Source: Camelus ferus (taxonomy: Eukaryota). From it: DNA of 64,000 nucleotides. The stretch covers positions 27,530,001 to 27,594,000 of the forward strand of contig NC_045697.1 of assembly GCF_009834535.1 (NCBI RefSeq), in the 5' to 3' direction. The position numbers and the translations under genes were made by a program. Within the stretch, counting starts at the first letter, position 1; each line of letters starts with the position of its first letter. Below, one piece after another: positions 61,465-64,000 of the stretch. The notes beneath the pieces are model-generated. The model was not told the origin of the DNA, did no database searches, and saw nothing but the letters and a program-made list of their open reading frames with translations.

Positions 61465-61775
61465 ATTTTTATTGAGGTATAATTGATGCATGATAATTAT
61501 ATTAGTTTCAGGTGTACAACATAATGATTCGATATTTGTGTATATTGCAAAAGGATCACCACAATAAGTCTAGTTAATATCTGTGACCACACATAGTTAT
61601 GAATTTTTTTGTGTGATGAAAATGTCTAATATCTATGCTCTTAGCCACTTTCAAATATGCCATACTACTCACTATAGTCACCATGCTGTACATTTCAGCA
61701 CCGTGATTTATTTATTTTATAACTGAAAGTTTGTACCTTTTGTCCCCTGCACTCATTTTGCCCACCCCCCACCAT
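61465..61775 (-). mobile_element. L1 3'UTR end (L1MA9-like)
   Basis: ttattgaggtataattga...tcaggtgtacaacataatgatt...tatagtcaccatgctgtaca...aactgaaagtttgtaccttt. Confidence 0.85.
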
Positions 61776-61922
61776 TGTTTATTTTTCAAGTGTTCTGAAA
61801 TCTCCAAAAACGGAAGTGGCCCAGGCCTCTGAAAACCTCTTGAGGTCTTGTCCACTGCTCCACACTCATTCTTTGTGAAACAGAACTTTCATTAAGTGAT
61901 TTAAGTTTACGCAGAGCCAGAT

Positions 61923-62273
61923 TGTAGTTTTCTTAAATGCAGGGTGGACTGCTGTAACTGAACACCACAGACTGGGGACTTTTCAGCCACAAACATTGAT
62001 TTCTCATAGTTCTGAAGGCAGGGAAGTGTAAGATCAAGGTACTGAAGACTTGCTGTCTAGGGAGGGCTCACTTTCTGGTTCATAGTCATCGTCTCCCTGT
62101 GTCCTCACATGGTGGAAGGGGCAAGAGGGCTCTCTGGGGCTCTCTTATAAGGGCACTAATCCCATTCATGAGGGCCCCACCCTCACGACCTAATCATCCC
62201 AAAGGCCCCACTTCCAAATACCATCACATTGGGTGTTAGGACTTAACAAATTTGGAGCATTTAGTCTCTAGCA
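61923..62273 (-). mobile_element. MLT1A-type MaLR solo LTR
   Basis: Homologous to 20727-21084: tgtgtcctcacatggtggaagggg...gggcactaatcccattcatgaggg. Confidence 0.87.
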
Positions 62274-62829
62274 CAGGGCATTCTGTGTACCGGGTTATCA
62301 TTTGGAAGCCAGAGCATTGCTATCCGTCTCCCAGTAAGTATAGACTACCTGGATGCTACTCTTGGTAAACTCTTAGGAAAGAGAAGTTTCATTCTCTATA
62401 TTGGCCACTGCGATCTTTTGGGGGCAGCTCTGTCTTCAATATATTTTCAAGCTTATTCCCATGTATAAGCATCTTTCAACTTTACATTCCAGGTAAAAAT
62501 TAAAGTAGGAGTAAAGTAAATATGTTGTTAAATACACTTTTATCCACCTTTGGAAAGTTGCTGTAAAATGTTGTCTTTTCATCTTTGCCTTTTGCTTTCA
62601 GATGCTGTTTGGAAAGTATTGCTGGACTATGTCAAATTTATAATGAAACTCTATGGAGGCTCTAATGCAGCCTATGGGCATTGAAAGGAAAGATGCATCC
62701 TACTCTTGAGGAAACCCTTAAGTCCCCTACACTTACGCTGTTATGTGATGCCAAGGGTCCAGCCCCACCTGACTCAGCCAGTACTTGTGTCCTTGTCTCA
62801 TTCCTCTTCCAGGTTTTACTGTGTGAACT

Positions 62830-62970
62830 CAGTGCTTCTCAAACTTCAACCTATACAGAGATCACCTGGAGGACTGGGGTAGAATGCAGAACCCAGCCTT
62901 GCTCCCAAAGATTCTGATTCACTAGGTCTGGCCTGGGCCCCAGGAATCTGCATTTTAAAGAAACACTGTA
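62830..62970. mobile_element. MER5A-like MITE
   Basis: cagtgcttctcaaactt...atcacctgg...attctgattc...gggccccaggaatctgcattttaa. Confidence 0.8.
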
Positions 62971-64000
62971 GTAATTTTTGTTACATGCTTGATCAGCCCT
63001 CATTTTCTCACTAGGTCCCTTGGAGGGGTGCATGTCTTCATCTCTCTGAATTGTGGGCTTTCTCTCTCCATCTGGGTGCTTCACTTGTGTAATATCTTGA
63101 TTGACACCACTTCTCACCCAACCTGACTCCCAGGATTCACCTGCCCTCACCTTGTCTCTGTCAGGGAGGCTGGAGAGAGCCTGGGGAAGAGAAGGCCCAC
63201 ATCAGAATCTGTCCACCAGGGGAACCTCTGTGCTAGAATCACTTGCATTGCCTGTGAACATTATTTTGAATGGATTTGGAAAAAGCCTAGGCTACCATTT
63301 AGGGCCAGTTCCGGTGAACTGAGTTTATGATCAAGCGGAGGATTACTATTTAGAATTGAAAGCTATGTCTAACTATAATACATATCAGGACTGACATTCT
63401 GGCTTGAGTTATAAATGCATCTAAGGCACCAGATGGAGAGTTTCAAAAACATTCTCTGCAATGATGGTGACTGTCACAGCCAGGCTGCCCCAAAATGGAC
63501 ACACAGCTGCTTACAGCCTCCGCTTGTTTTGATTGGCTGGGCAGCCAATTTTATTGGCTGAATCTCTCTTTTAACTAGTTGGTACTTTGCTATGCCAGAA
63601 GATAACTATTTGCACTACTGGAACCAGTATATGATTTTTCTCTTGAAAGACAAAACTCTCGCAGCTGTCTCAATTCTGAATGTTTTTTTAAAAAAATCCA
63701 ATCTTGTGAATTAGCAGTCACACTTTGTAAATCATAATGATCATATGGCTCACATTCTAAGTGAAGGGCTGCACTAAGCCAGGTTATTATTTGTCCTATA
63801 ATATTTATTCCAGGCATTAAGTCATTATGAGCTAAGTGCCTGAGAAGCTCCATGCTGCTGTGCCCACTGTTACAGACGTTGCCTTCCAAACAGTGCATAA
63901 GGCCAATGATTAGCCCCCCAAACACTCCAGCAAAAAGATGCCTTTAACTTGCTTGGCCACATCCTTGGCTTGTTTTCCTACAGATGGTACTCTGCTGATT

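Noticed and set aside
62570..62815. Acceptor-like sites TTTGCTTTCAG (62601) and CTCTTCCAG (62812)
   Set aside because: No convincing paired donor, all frames after 62601 close quickly, and the second site runs into a MER5. Such motifs are common in introns.
63590..63925. 111-aa minus-strand ORF
   Set aside because: Non-ATG start and no recognisable homology; the region looks regulatory or intronic.
1..64000. CRISPR arrays, operons or other prokaryotic systems
   Set aside because: The sequence is eutherian genomic DNA, with no repeat-spacer arrays or gene-dense segments.

Overview
This is mammalian, repeat-dominated non-coding DNA. It is probably camelid, inferred from two tRNA-derived Vic-1-like SINEs, the L1 3' ends, and no recognisable Alu, Bov-A/BovB or PRE1. 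No host protein-coding exon is recognisable, and the only real protein-coding sequence is LINE-1 derived. The window starts inside a young, 5'-complete minus-strand L1 (1-5069): a CpG-rich 5'UTR with a YY1 site, ORF1, a ~400-bp spacer, and ORF2 cut just before the RT catalytic motif. Both ORFs are frameshifted. Other L1 material includes two young 5'-truncated copies with TSDs (47423-48131, 54499-56284), a scrambled older L1 (56870-58860) and many ancient L1M pieces. There are also L2, MIR, MaLR (MLT1), LTR33 and hAT (MER5/MER58) fossils, several nested. The most notable observations are: an ORF0-like antisense ORF and an inter-ORF uORF overlapping the ORF2 start in the full-length L1; candidate + strand splice sites, including a possible 5-nt micro-exon and 69-nt intron; two dispersed exact 22-25 bp direct repeats; palindrome clusters; and candidate regulatory modules. 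Repeat family names come from recall of consensus sequences, and boundaries of old repeats are approximate.
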